DNA of 50,779 nt, taken from the NCBI GenBank assembly GCA_963848005.1, contig CAWKCA010000011.1, positions 1 to 50,779 on the forward strand. Direction: 5' to 3'. The position numbers and the translations under genes were made by a program. The notes under the pieces were generated by a model. It had not been told where the DNA came from. It did not search any database and worked only from the letters and a program-made list of their open reading frames with translations. This stretch comes from an uncultured Candidatus Rokubacteria bacterium (GTDB taxonomy: Bacteria > Methylomirabilota > Methylomirabilia > Rokubacteriales > CSP1-6). Shown here piece by piece: positions 1 through 10,536 of the stretch; within the stretch, counting starts at the first letter, position 1; each line of letters begins with the position of its first letter.

Positions 1-255
1 CGTCTGCCGCCCCGTAGCGGTCCAGGGGATAGGCGCTTCAAACGCCCTCCCACCCCGGCCCCTGGCCGGCAACCTTTCCCGCATGGCCCTCGGGGTCGGG
101 CGCGATCGCGCTCTAAGGGCCCAGGTCGGGCGTTCCGATCGGGTCACGCCCGGTCGTAGTACACTGCGTGCTGTCAGCAGGACAATTCCTCCGGCGGTTC
201 TGTGACGGTTACCGTGTGAGCTAGACAGCTCGCAGTCGCAGGGAAGGAGTAGCCC

Positions 256-1209
256 ATGCTGTATATCATCTGGATGGTCATCCTTGCCGTGGTAGCCGCG
301 CTCCTGTTCACAGCCAGACGAAAGTTGACCGAGGTCAGTACCTACCGGCAATCCAAGGTCCTTTACCTTGCGAGCTTGGTAAGACCGGGGGGGATCGTGA
401 TCTTTATTCTTGCCCTCATGGTCTTCATCACGTTCGTTGCTTCCGTTCAGCAGGTGCCCGCCGGTCATATCGGTGTCGTCTATGAGTTTGGCGGCATCAA
501 AGGCCAGATCGGCGAGGGCCTCCAGTTTGTGGCGCCCTGGCGCGACGTCCTGCTGGCCAACATCCAAGTGCAGCGTCGCGTGTTCGACAAGCTCAACGCC
601 TTCAGCGAGGAAAGCCAGGATGTCTTTGTCAGAGCCAGTCTAAATGTCCGCGTTTCTCCGCAAACCATCCAGCAGCTGTATCGGACCGTCGGCCCCAATT
701 TTTTCAGTGTCTTGGTTGAATCGAGGGTCATTCAGAATTTCAAGGATGAAACAGTGAAATACAAGAGCGTCGAGATTGCCCCCAATCGCGAAAACATCAG
801 AAAGGCCGTCCGGGAAAGACTGGAGAGAGAACTCTCTCCCTTTTCGATCGAGGTGGTCGATTTGCTCCTCGACAACATCGACTTCAACCCGGACTTCAAG
901 AAGGCCATTGAAGATAAACAGATAGCCACCCAGCGCGCCCTGGAAGAGCAACAGAAAATTGAAGGGGAAAAGTACAAGGCTCAGCAGGCCATTGAAAGGG
1001 CCAAGGGAGAAGGGAGCGCCATTTTATTCCGTGCCGAGAAGGAGGCGGAGGCGAACAGAAAACTGGCTGCTTCTCTTACTCCGGAGCTCGTGCGGTACGC
1101 CATGGTTCAGAAGCTGAGCGACAAGATCCAGGTCATGATGCTGCCTTCAGGTCAGAACTTCATCCTGGATTCAGATATGCTGCGCGGCGCTCCACGAGAG
1201 AAGAAATAG
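256..1209 (+). CDS. SPFH/band-7 (prohibitin/HflC-like) membrane protein, copy 1
   Basis: Intact 317-aa ORF with an N-terminal TM helix, then an SPFH core and a coiled-coil Glu/Lys/Ala-rich C-terminus. GC is clearly lower (about 52%) than the flanks. A putative RBS ggaaggag lies upstream. Paralog of 28092..29039. Confidence 0.85.
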   Translation: MLYIIWMVILAVVAALLFTARRKLTEVSTYRQSKVLYLASLVRPGGIVIFILALMVFITFVASVQQVPAGHIGVVYEFGGIKGQIGEGLQFVAPWRDVLLANIQVQRRVFDKLNAFSEESQDVFVRASLNVRVSPQTIQQLYRTVGPNFFSVLVESRVIQNFKDETVKYKSVEIAPNRENIRKAVRERLERELSPFSIEVVDLLLDNIDFNPDFKKAIEDKQIATQRALEEQQKIEGEKYKAQQAIERAKGEGSAILFRAEKEAEANRKLAASLTPELVRYAMVQKLSDKIQVMMLPSGQNFILDSDMLRGAPREKK

Positions 1210-1400
1210 GACCTTCGAAAGTCATGGCCCTCTGAGGCGCCCCACCCTCGTCGCGCGAGTCGCCCGCGGCGCGCCGTCGATGATCCCGAGACGTCCGGGG
1301 AAATCCTGGCCGCCGCACGCCGTCATCTGACCGAGCCCGCCGGCTGACGGCGGGCCTTCCCGAACCTCCACCTGCATTGCGGATCGCCCAACGGACACCC

Positions 1401-2705
1401 ATGACGACGAACACGATCTCCAGCCCTTCTCGCACGAACCGTCTGCACTATGCCTGGGTCGTCCTCGCCACCACCACCCTCGTGCTCCTGGCCAGCGGCG
1501 GCGTCCGCGCGGCCATCGGCGTCTTCGTCAAGCCGCTCGAGGCCGAGTTCGGCTGGTCCCGGACCGCGCTGAGCTTTGCCGTGGCGGTGTCGATCGCCCT
1601 GTACGGGCTGACCGGACCGTTCGTGGGCCGGCTGGCCGACCGGTGGGGCCCCCGCTGGGTGCTCACCGGCGGTGTGGCCCTGGTGGGGATCGGCACCATG
1701 GCGGGCGCCGGAGTGAACCAGTTCTGGCAGTTCTTCGTGGCCGTCGGCCTGATCGCTGCCATCGGATCGAGTGCCACGGCGGCGCCGGTGGCCGCCACCG
1801 TGGCCACGCGCTGGTTCGAACGGCATCGCGGTCTCGTGCTGGGCATCAACGGCGCGGGCATGGCGGCCGGTCAGCTGGTGGTGCTGCCGCTCGCCATGGG
1901 GCTCGTCGCGGTGCTCGGCTGGCGGGGCGCGTACCTCGCCCTCGGCGCCGGGCTTCTCGTGATCGTCGTGCCCCTGACGGCGGCCCTGATCCGCAACGAT
2001 CCGAGAGAGCGCGGGCTCCTGGCCTACGGCGCCACCGCATCGTCGCCCGGCATGACGGCGGCCCAGGAGGCGGCGGAGCGGACCCCGGTCAGCGAGGCCG
2101 TGCGCACGTGGCCGTTCCTGCTCCTCTGCGGCAGCTTCTGGGTCTGCGGATACTCGACGTTCGGCGTCATCCTCGCCCACTTCATCCCGCACGCCACGGA
2201 TCACGGGTTTGAGCCGCACCACGCCGCGGAGGCCCTCGGCATCATGGGAGCGATGAACATCGTGGGCACCATCGCCTCGGGCTGGCTCTGCGATCGGCTT
2301 GGCCCCAAGGTGCCGCTGGCCCTCTACGATCTGTTCCGGGGGATCTCGCTCTTCTTTCTGCCCTACGTGACGACGGTGCCCGGTCTCTTCGCCTTCGCGG
2401 CGCTGTTCGGGCTCAATTTCATCTCGACCGTGCCGGCCACCACCACGCTGACCGCGCGGATCTACGGGCGCTACTCGGTCGGCGAGCTGTCCGGCTGGAT
2501 CTTCGCCTCGCATCAGCTCGGGGGCGCCATCGGCTCGATCCTGTCCGGCTGGCTGTTCGACCGCAATGGCGACTACACCTTGGCGTTCTACGCCGCGGGG
2601 GCCTGGGCGTTGCTCGCGACCGGGATGGTGCTCGCCATCCGCGACGAGCCCATCGTGCGGAACAAGCCGGCGTCCTTGGAGGTCCCAGCCGTCGCGTCGC
2701 CGTAA
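1401..2705 (+). CDS. MFS transporter (oxalate/formate antiporter-like family)
   Basis: Intact ORF with about 12 predicted TM segments and a typical MFS N-terminal motif (GPFVGRLADRWGPR). An ATG at 1401 is preferred over the TTG at 1377. Confidence 0.8.
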   Translation: MTTNTISSPSRTNRLHYAWVVLATTTLVLLASGGVRAAIGVFVKPLEAEFGWSRTALSFAVAVSIALYGLTGPFVGRLADRWGPRWVLTGGVALVGIGTMAGAGVNQFWQFFVAVGLIAAIGSSATAAPVAATVATRWFERHRGLVLGINGAGMAAGQLVVLPLAMGLVAVLGWRGAYLALGAGLLVIVVPLTAALIRNDPRERGLLAYGATASSPGMTAAQEAAERTPVSEAVRTWPFLLLCGSFWVCGYSTFGVILAHFIPHATDHGFEPHHAAEALGIMGAMNIVGTIASGWLCDRLGPKVPLALYDLFRGISLFFLPYVTTVPGLFAFAALFGLNFISTVPATTTLTARIYGRYSVGELSGWIFASHQLGGAIGSILSGWLFDRNGDYTLAFYAAGAWALLATGMVLAIRDEPIVRNKPASLEVPAVASP

Positions 2706-2737
2706 CCGGGAGGCCGCGCTTCGGCGCGTAGCCGACC

Positions 2738-3109
2738 TCACGCGGTGGTCGCCCGAGGCTGATCTGGGCGATCGGGCGAGCCATGACGCACCGCTGGTGC
2801 GCCTGTCCGCGCCAGCCCCGGGCGAGGTCGTTGGTCGCCCTCGGAGGAGAAGCGCACGGCCGCCTGCGCACGGGCCCTCGCGGCTTCGACGTCGCGATCG
2901 CGCAGAGGGGCCTTCGTCACGAGAGAATCGAGGAGCTCCCGGACGGCGTGCGCCACCTGGTCCACGGCCCGAGTGAAGGCGACCTCGTTTGCCTTGGAGG
3001 GCCGGGTAAAGCCGCTGAGCTTTCGCACGAATTGCAGCGAAGAGGCCCGGATCTCCTCGTCCGAGGCGGGCGGCGCGAAGTTATGGAGGGTCTTGATGCT
3101 TCGGCACAT
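2738..3109 (-). CDS. DUF2277 domain protein
   Basis: N-terminus MCRSIKTLHNF is characteristic of DUF2277. The ORF is divergent from the lodA-like operon. The C-terminal tail looks low-complexity, so the true end is uncertain. Confidence 0.5.
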   Translation of the reverse strand: MCRSIKTLHNFAPPASDEEIRASSLQFVRKLSGFTRPSKANEVAFTRAVDQVAHAVRELLDSLVTKAPLRDRDVEAARARAQAAVRFSSEGDQRPRPGLARTGAPAVRHGSPDRPDQPRATTA

Positions 3110-3509
3110 GAGGAATCCTCCTCGTGACGTGACGCGCGGCTCAGCCGCCGGAACCCGGCTCCCACAGATGCCCTCGGTGTTGCCCGCACGGTCGCCAGAG
3201 TGAGGATACGACAGCGCTGGTTCCTCGCCGACAACGACGATCGCAGACCCACAAGGTCACCGTGCCTCGTTGCCGCCTTTCGACCACGCGAGTCCTTGAT
3301 CATGATGGTCCCGTCGGAGGCCAGCCACACGAGCAGGATCGTCCTGATCAACCGCGCCACCGGCGGATGGTGGCGCAGCCGTGAGACGGATGCCAAGGAG
3401 GCGCGCGCGGTCCGCGCATGCGCCCTGGAGGAGCCGCCTGAACGCGCGACCCCGTGGTACAACCGGCGCGAACAGGGGCCGCGCCGCCGCTCAGGAGGAG
3501 GACAGCCGA

Positions 3510-5532
3510 ATGGCCGACAGGAAGCCCATCGTCCGGTGTGCGATCCACCCCGCCATCGGCGTTGCCCGCATCGGCAACGCGCCGGCGGATCAGTATTACC
3601 TCGCGCCGGAAGTGCCCGGACGACCCGCCGACCCCGGACCCGGCGGCTTCAAGAATGACAGGGGAGAAGTGCGCAAGGAGGCGTCCCGCTTCCGCATCTA
3701 CGGCTACGACAGGGACGGCAACGCGGTGCGGGAGATCACGGCCGACGACGCCGAGATCACGTGGGAGGTCCATCTCGCCAACCGAAAGGCCGCCTGGTAC
3801 CAGTTCTTCAACGCCATGGACCTCAAGCAGTACGCCATGTCGACCACCTATCGCAACGGAACCATCACCGGCGCCTCGCGCCAGTCGCTGGTGATCGATC
3901 CGGGTGCCATCGAGATCCGCGGGAGAGCCACCAGCGGGCCGGAGTATCGGTTCGACGGAGGGTTCATCCGCTTCGGCGGCGGCGAGCCCATCCGGGTGCC
4001 GCTCGGCGAGCTGCGCACCGACGACAAGGGCCGGCTCCTCGTCCTCGGCGGAGACGGCACGTCCGCGTCGGCCACCAATCAGCCCGCGATCACCTTCGCC
4101 AACAACGAAGGCTGGTACGACGACGTCTCGGACGGGCCGGTGCGCGCTCGGGTAAAGCTCGCAGGCCGAAGAGAGCCGCTGGACGCCGAGCCGGCCACGG
4201 TGGTGGTGACCCCTCCCAACTTCGGCCCTGGCCTCTACGGAGTGGTCACCATGTACGACGTGATCTACGACCTCTTCGTGCGGCATGGCTGGATCGAGCC
4301 GCCCAGGCGCGTGACGTTCTGGGAGCACATCTTTCCCCTGTTCGCGCGGCTGGTCGGGAGCCAGTGGGTCAATCAGGGTGCGTACTTCCTCTTCGGGGCA
4401 GGCTCGCCGGGTGACCTGACCGAGCCAGGGAGGCTGAGGAAGCTGGCGGATCCCAGCCGCGCGGCGCGCCCCGATCGCCAGCTCGTCTTCGACTGGTTCC
4501 GGCTCCCGCCGCCGCCCTGGGACTCCCCGGGCGCCCGGACCCGGCTACCTCCGCCACAGCCGTCCCACCTGCCGCCCTTTTACGGCGACGGCTTCGGCGA
4601 CTATGACGACATCGCCATCGATGAGCTGTCCCTCACCCCGACCCTGTACGGTTGGCTGAAGCGTTGGGCAGAGGGCGATTTCGTGCCGGGCCAGCGCCGT
4701 GAGCCGCCGCGACGCCTCGCGGATCTCCCCCTCGCCGCGCAGCCCGGTGCGCTCGACCGCACGCCCCTGGAGGATTGCCTGGGCGGGCCGTTCCATCCCG
4801 GCATCGAGATGACCTGGCCGATGCGGGTGCCCCGCATGTGGCGGCCGCCCGCCAGGGCCCACGGGCTGCCGTTCCGGCTGCACATCCTGCCGCCGGGCGT
4901 GCCGCCGCAGGATGACTTCGGCGCGGTGCTCACTCCGGAAACGTGCGTCGGGCCCGAAGGGCCGCTGACGGCGAGCGGGCCGGGTTCGCTCACGCGCTGG
5001 CTCGGCATTCCCTGGCAGACCGATGAGGCGAGCTGTCTCTCCGGCTACGACTCGTCGAACTATCTGCCGGTTCCCTCGTTCTGGGCCGCCCGCGTGCCGA
5101 ACGAGGTGCTGAGCGAGCACGCCTACAACCAATCGACCGATCGCCGGCTCTCGTACGTCCAGCGGATCAAGAGCGCCGCGTATCGCCAGTTCTGGCTGCG
5201 CGACCTCCAGGGATCGAGCTACCAGGCCCGCATCAACAACATGGTCAGGGAGTGGAGTCTCCTGGGCATCGTGGTCGAGCAGCACCGGACCGGCGGGCGA
5301 AGCGAAACCGGGGCTGCCGGCGCGTTCCTGGGTGGAGACGCAGCGGTCTCCGTCGTTCAGCGACGCCGATCCGACCTGGCGCCAGCTCCTGATGGTGGAG
5401 GGGATCGAGGCCACGACCGAACGCCTCAGGAAGGCGGCCACCCCGATCCTCGACCTGGCCGCCGAGCGAGAGGAGCAGGCCGTCCGAGGTCGTCCATCCG
5501 CGGCGCCGGAACATCCGGCGCGACGATCGGTG
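3510..5532 (+). CDS. lodA: LodA/GoxA-family tryptophylquinone (CTQ) amino-acid oxidase; 3' end frameshifted
   Basis: Hallmark LodA-family motifs are present: IHPAIGVARIGN, WEVHLANRKAAWY, LRTDDKGRLLVLGGDG, GWYDDVSDGPV, HPGIEMTW, and a PWQTDEAS Trp-quinone region. AGGAGGAG RBS sits 8 nt upstream of the ATG at 3510. After about 5283 the sensible protein continues in the +1 frame (DPTWRQLLMVEGIEATTERLRKAATPILDLAAEREEQAV), which implies an indel. Confidence 0.8.
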
Positions 5533-5534
5533 AC

Positions 5535-6875
5535 GTGGAGCGCGCGCCGCACGTGGCCATCGTGGGCGGCGGTCCCGCCGGCGCAGTCGCCGCGCTGGTC
5601 GCTGCCCGGCGCGGGCTGCGGGTGACCGTCGTCGAAGCGCGCGCCGAACCGGCGCTCAAGGTGGGTGAGACCCTGCCGCCGGGTCTCACCCCGCTCCTGC
5701 GCCATCTCGGCCTCGAAGCCTCGCTGGAGCGCGACGGCCATCTGCGCTCGCAGGGCAACCGCTCCTTCTGGGGCTCGACGCATCCCGGGGAGAGCGCGTT
5801 CCTGGCCAATCCATTCGGCGCGGGCTGGCACGTGGACCGCCGCCGCTTCGAGGCGCGCCTCTCCGAAGCCGCTCGCGAGGCCGGGGTGGAGTGGCGCCGG
5901 GACTGTCGCGCGGAGGCCTGCACCGTCCTGGGGGGCGGTTGGCGGATGGAGCTGTCCAGCGGAGACCACACGGAGGAGCGGCTGACGCCGGGACGAAGAC
6001 GGAGCGCGATCCTGGACGTGGATTTCGTGGCCGACGCCACGGGCCGGGTCGCCCGCATTGCGCAGCGCCTGGGCGCCAGGAGGCTGCGCTACGATCGGCT
6101 CGTCGGCGTTGCCGCGCTTCTCACCAGCCGGACTCCGGCGGCCGACACGTACACCCTGGTCGAGGCCACGCCGGACGGCTGGTGGTACTCGGCCCTCCTC
6201 TCCGACGGCCGTCTGGCCGTCGGCCTTCTGGGTGACGGCGACCTCTTGACGCGATCGCTCCTCGGAGTGGGCGCCGCTCCAGAGGCCTGGTGGCGTCGCC
6301 TGCAGCGGACCTCCGCGACCGTGGAGCGCGTCGAGGGGAGCGGATACGAGACTCCGGCCTCTCTGCGCGTCCTGCCGGCGGAGAGTTCGCGGCTCGACGT
6401 CATCGCCGGCGATCGCTGGATCGCCCTCGGGGACGCCGCGGCGGCCTACGATCCCCTCTCGTCCCACGGCGTCGCCTCTGCCATGGGATCGGGCTTCTAC
6501 GGCGGTCACGCCATCGTCGATTTGCTCGCCGGCCGGGGCGAGGCGCGCCTCGCCTACCTGGATCTCATGCAGCGGACCTACGGCACCTATCTCGACCTGC
6601 AGCGCGAGCACTACGGGCGGGAGACCCGCTGGCCCGACGCGCCCTTCTGGAGCCGCCGCCATGCGCCGGCGTACGGGCTGGCGCCGCTGGCGTCCCGCGC
6701 CTTGGCGATGCGCGATCCAAGCGGCGGGGTCGGATCGTCGATCGGGCGATCGATCGATATGAAGAGCGGCCTCCGTCCTCCACAGTCTCCCGGTAAGATC
6801 GTGGACGGCGCGACGGGGCGTCGTGCGACAGTGACGGGCGCCGAAGGCTCGTCACCAGGGAGACCACGCGAATGA
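5535..6875 (+). CDS. lodB: LodB-like FAD-dependent oxidoreductase (CTQ cofactor biogenesis flavoprotein)
   Basis: Rossmann FAD motif HVAIVGGGPAGAVAALVAARRG immediately follows the lodA-like gene. Candidate GTG starts are at 5535 and 5553. It is in the same frame as the lodA ORF, giving an apparent 1164-aa fused ORF 3381..6875. The stop overlaps the next start as ATGA. Confidence 0.7.
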   Translation: MERAPHVAIVGGGPAGAVAALVAARRGLRVTVVEARAEPALKVGETLPPGLTPLLRHLGLEASLERDGHLRSQGNRSFWGSTHPGESAFLANPFGAGWHVDRRRFEARLSEAAREAGVEWRRDCRAEACTVLGGGWRMELSSGDHTEERLTPGRRRSAILDVDFVADATGRVARIAQRLGARRLRYDRLVGVAALLTSRTPAADTYTLVEATPDGWWYSALLSDGRLAVGLLGDGDLLTRSLLGVGAAPEAWWRRLQRTSATVERVEGSGYETPASLRVLPAESSRLDVIAGDRWIALGDAAAAYDPLSSHGVASAMGSGFYGGHAIVDLLAGRGEARLAYLDLMQRTYGTYLDLQREHYGRETRWPDAPFWSRRHAPAYGLAPLASRALAMRDPSGGVGSSIGRSIDMKSGLRPPQSPGKIVDGATGRRATVTGAEGSSPGRPRE

Positions 6876-8056
6876 CAGTCGCCAACGGTCGAGAGTTCCT
6901 GAGCATTCCCGGACCGACCAACGTCCCGGATGCCGTGCTGGCGGCCATGCATCGGCCGGCGATCGACATCTATTCCGGCGACATGCTGGGCGTCACAAGC
7001 ACGCTCCTCGAGGACCTTCCGAGGGTCTTCCGCACGGCGGGGCGCGCCTACATCTACGCCGCGAATGGCCACGGCGGCTGGGAGGCCGCGGTGAGCAACG
7101 TCCTGTCGCGCGGACAGACGGTGCTCGTCCTGGAAAGCGGTCGGTTCGCCGTGGGCTGGGGCGAGATGGCGCGGATGATGGGCGTGAAGACCGAGGTCCT
7201 GAAGGGCGACTGGCGCCGCGCGGTCGACCCGGCGGCCCTCGCGCAGCGCCTCAAGGCGGACGCCACACACGAGATCACCGCGGTCCTCGTCGTGCAGATC
7301 GACACCGCCTCGGGCGTGGTCAACGACATCAAGGCCCTTCGCGAGGCGATGGATGCCGCCGGGCACCCGGCGCTCCTCATGGTCGACTGCGTGGCGTCGC
7401 TCGGCTGCATGCCCTTCGACATGGATGGGTGGGGAGTCGACGTGGCCATGGCGGGTTCACAGAAGGGACTGATGACTCCCCCGGGCCTGGCCTTCGTGGC
7501 CGCGAACGACAGGGCGCATGCGGTCCACCGGGAGGCCGACCTCCGCACCCTCTACTGGGACTGGACCTTCCGGCAGGGCGACGCGCACTACCAGAAGTAC
7601 GGAGGGACCCCGCCGGAGCACCTGCTCTTCGGGCTGCGCAAGGCGCTCGACATGCTGCTGGACGAGGGGCTCGATCAGGCCGCCCACCGCCACGCCTTGC
7701 TCGCCGAGGCGACGCGCCGGGCGGTGGGACGATGGGCGGACGGCTCGGCCCTGGCCTTCAACGTCACGCGGGCCGAGGAGCGCGCCAACTCGGTGACCTG
7801 CATCGCAACGCCCGGCCGCGATCCCCGGCCCCTCCTCGACTACTGCCGCGCGAAATGTGGCGTGGTCCTGGGGGTCGGCATCGGGGAGCTGTCCGGCAAG
7901 GGCTTCCGCATCGCGCACATGGGCCACGTCAACGCGCCGATGGTGATCGGCACCCTCGGCGCCGTCGAGATGGGTCTCGCGGCGCTGGGCATCCCGCACG
8001 GACCGGGGGGCGTGCAGGCGGCGGTCGAGTACCTGGGCCGCGAAGTGCCCGCGTAG
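6872..8056 (+). CDS. Class V PLP aminotransferase (serine/alanine--glyoxylate aminotransferase family)
   Basis: Intact 394-aa ORF. N-terminal FLSIPGPTNVP motif and an SQKGL PLP-lysine region are present. It is translationally coupled (ATGA) to lodB. Confidence 0.8.
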   Translation: MTVANGREFLSIPGPTNVPDAVLAAMHRPAIDIYSGDMLGVTSTLLEDLPRVFRTAGRAYIYAANGHGGWEAAVSNVLSRGQTVLVLESGRFAVGWGEMARMMGVKTEVLKGDWRRAVDPAALAQRLKADATHEITAVLVVQIDTASGVVNDIKALREAMDAAGHPALLMVDCVASLGCMPFDMDGWGVDVAMAGSQKGLMTPPGLAFVAANDRAHAVHREADLRTLYWDWTFRQGDAHYQKYGGTPPEHLLFGLRKALDMLLDEGLDQAAHRHALLAEATRRAVGRWADGSALAFNVTRAEERANSVTCIATPGRDPRPLLDYCRAKCGVVLGVGIGELSGKGFRIAHMGHVNAPMVIGTLGAVEMGLAALGIPHGPGGVQAAVEYLGREVPA

Positions 8057-8140
8057 CGCGCCACCAAGGTGCGCGACGAGAGCGCGGAACAGCACACGTG
8101 ATCGTCCTGATAGGCCACTGAGCCACGTGGAGGACGCGCC

Positions 8141-8955
8141 ATGACCCCCTTCCAGATCACCCCGCTCCATCCCTCGCTCGGGGCCGAGGTCGCGGGTGTC
8201 GACCTCGGCAAGCCGGTCGACGAGCCCATCCGGCAGGCGCTGGTGCGCGCGCTCGCTGACCATCTGGCCCTGGTGTTTCACGGGCAGTCCTTGACGCCGG
8301 TGCAGTACCTCGCGGCCGCGTCCCTCTTCGGGCCGCCGATGGAGCAGCACTATTCCCAGCACAACATGCCGGACTTTCCCCTGATCGGACTGATATGGCA
8401 CCGGAACGGCCAGCGCCCGGCGGAACGGTGGCACACCGACCACACCAATCGCGAATGTCCGCCGGCCGCGACCATCCTGTACGGGGTGGAGATTCCGCCG
8501 GCCGGGGGCGGGACCAGCGTGGCCAACATGCGCGCGGCGTACCTCGCCCTTCCGGAAGACGAACGCCGGCGCCTGGAGTCGCTCAAGACGGTCAATGGCC
8601 TGGATGGGGATCACACCGACACGCGGCCGGAAGACCGGGACAAGTACGGCACGCCGATCGAGCATCCGATGGTGCGGACCCATCCCGTGCACGGGTCACG
8701 CGCGGTGTATTTCCACATCTCCAAGGCCACCCACATCGGGGGCATGACCCCCGAGGCGAGCAAGGCTACATGGCCGACCTGCTCGACCGCATGATCCGGC
8801 CGGAGATCGTGTATCACCACGCCTGGCGCAAGGGCGACGTTCTGATCATCGACGACCGCGCCACGATGCACCGTGCGCACGGAGACTACGACCGAAGCCA
8901 GAGCCGAGTCCTGTGGCGGATCATCGTCGAAGGCGATCGCCCGCGACTCGATTGA
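8141..8955 (+). CDS. TauD/TfdA-family Fe(II)/2-oxoglutarate dioxygenase, one frameshift near 8755
   Basis: HTDHT...H iron-binding facial triad region is present. The C-terminal WRKGDVLIIDDRATMHRA motif continues in another frame after G5/C5 homopolymers at 8737-8752. RBS GGAGGA lies upstream of the ATG at 8141. Confidence 0.75.
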
Positions 8956-8969
8956 GAAAGGACCCGAGA

Positions 8970-9705
8970 ATGCCGAGCATCGAGCACCGCGGCGCGTCCA
9001 TTTACTACGAGGAGTTCGGTCGCGGGTTCCCCATCCTCACGTTCGCCCCGGCGGGCCTGCAGTCGGTCATCGACGTGTGGAGCCGGCCCGCGGCGCCCGT
9101 GAACCCCATCACCGAGTTCGCGGCGAACTTCCGGGTGATCGCGATGGATCAGCGCAACGCGGGCGGCCGGTCCCGCGCGCCCATCACGGCGCAGGACGGC
9201 TGGCCCACCTACACGGCCGACCACATCGCCGTGCTCGACCACTTGGGCATCGACCGATGCCACGTGTACGGCCAGTGCATCGGCGGGTCCTTCATCTTCG
9301 AGCCTGCTCAAGGCCCAGCCCCAGCGCATCGGATGCGCCGTGCTCGCGCAGCCCATCGGGCGGGTGGGAGCCATGGCGCCTGGTCGCTCCGCCAGGTTCA
9401 ACGCGTGGGCCGCGACCCTGACGGACCACCCCGAGGCCACCCAGCAGGTGCTGGATACGGTCCACCAGAACCTGTACGGTCCTGGCTTCGTCTACAGCGT
9501 GGACCGCGCGTTCGTGTCGAGCTGCCCGACGCCGTGCCTGGTGCTGGCGGGCAACGATGAGGCGCATCCCTTCCCCATCTCCGAGGAGGTGGCCAAGCTG
9601 CTCCCGAACTGCGAGTTCATCCCGGAATGGAAGGAAGGCGCGGCCCTGGCCGCGGCGAAGGTCCGCATCAAGGAGTTTCTCGGGAAGCATACGCCCACGT
9701 CCTGA
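8970..9705 (+). CDS. alpha/beta-hydrolase fold protein, one frameshift near 9300
   Basis: Nucleophile elbow region HVYGQCIGGSFIF is present. The C-terminal half (CLVLAGNDEAHPF..) continues in the 9340..9705 frame. Confidence 0.65.
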
Positions 9706-9727
9706 TCGGAGAACAGGGCGTGGCCCG

Positions 9728-10450
9728 GTGACGACGGAATGGGTGGCGGCCGCCGCCGTGATCGCCCTCGCGAGCTTCGTGCTCGGGCTCGTCGGATTCG
9801 GCAACGGGCTCGTCGCCATGGCCCTCCTGCCATTCTTGATGTCGCCGGTGACGGCCATCGCCGTGCTCACGATTCACACCATCATCTTCTCGATGGTGAT
9901 CTTCGTGCCGTTGCGGCGCCATCTTCTCGCGGGCCCCGTGATCGACATGCTCGCGGGCACGGTGCTCGGCGCGCCCGTCGGCGTCTGGGTCCTGAGCCTG
10001 GTCCCGATCGCGGCGCTCAACCGCCTCATCGGCGGGACCTTGGTGGTGGTCGTCCTCCTCGAGTGGGCGGGGCTCAATCCCCAGCGCCTCGGGGGGCGCG
10101 GATGGCGCGTCGGCGCCGGGGTGCTGGCGGGCGTGACCGGCGCCGCGGTGGGAACGCCGGGCCCGCCCGTCATCCTCTACTCGGCCACCCAGGGCTGGAG
10201 CCCGCGAACCATCAAGGCCAATCTCCAGGCCTTCTTCGTCGTGAACCAGACCGTCATCCTGGCGGGCTACTGGTGGATCGGCGTCCTCGACGGCCACGTG
10301 TGGCGGCTGGCCGCATCGTTCGCCCTCCCCGCCGCGGGCGGCACCGCCCTCGGGATGCTGCTCTTCAGCTACGTCGATCACGGGCGCTTCCGCCGGATTG
10401 TGTTCGCGGTCCTGCTGGTCGCCGGCATCCTGCTGATCGTGCGGGGCTGA
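9728..10450 (+). CDS. TauE/SafE-family (DUF81) sulfite/anion exporter
   Basis: GTG start at 9728. The ORF encodes multiple TM helices with the two-repeat architecture typical of TauE/SafE. Confidence 0.7.
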   Translation: MTTEWVAAAAVIALASFVLGLVGFGNGLVAMALLPFLMSPVTAIAVLTIHTIIFSMVIFVPLRRHLLAGPVIDMLAGTVLGAPVGVWVLSLVPIAALNRLIGGTLVVVVLLEWAGLNPQRLGGRGWRVGAGVLAGVTGAAVGTPGPPVILYSATQGWSPRTIKANLQAFFVVNQTVILAGYWWIGVLDGHVWRLAASFALPAAGGTALGMLLFSYVDHGRFRRIVFAVLLVAGILLIVRG

Positions 10451-10536
10451 GCGGGTCATCCGGGCCCGCCGGCCCCGGGCCCTCGCCTCGCCGGTCGGCC
10501 GATCCCGTCTGCGGCGGCCCGGGGCGCTTTCCGGTC

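Noticed and set aside
1323-2741. 472-aa minus-strand ORF antisense to the MFS transporter. Similar long antisense or out-of-frame ORFs occur at 3348..4328, 4545..6662, 7457..8692, 9668..10789, 10828..11895, 12253..14145, 19551..21374, 22599..23672, 23444..24295, 24514..25290 and 28326..28937.
   Set aside because: All are Arg/Gly/Pro/Ala-rich low-complexity translations typical of shadow ORFs in about 70% GC DNA. Each overlaps a well-supported gene on the other strand or frame.
3381-6875. Single 1164-aa LodA-LodB fusion protein taken at face value.
   Set aside because: The linker is low-complexity in this frame while the +1 frame gives a LodA-like continuation. Read as two genes with an indel.
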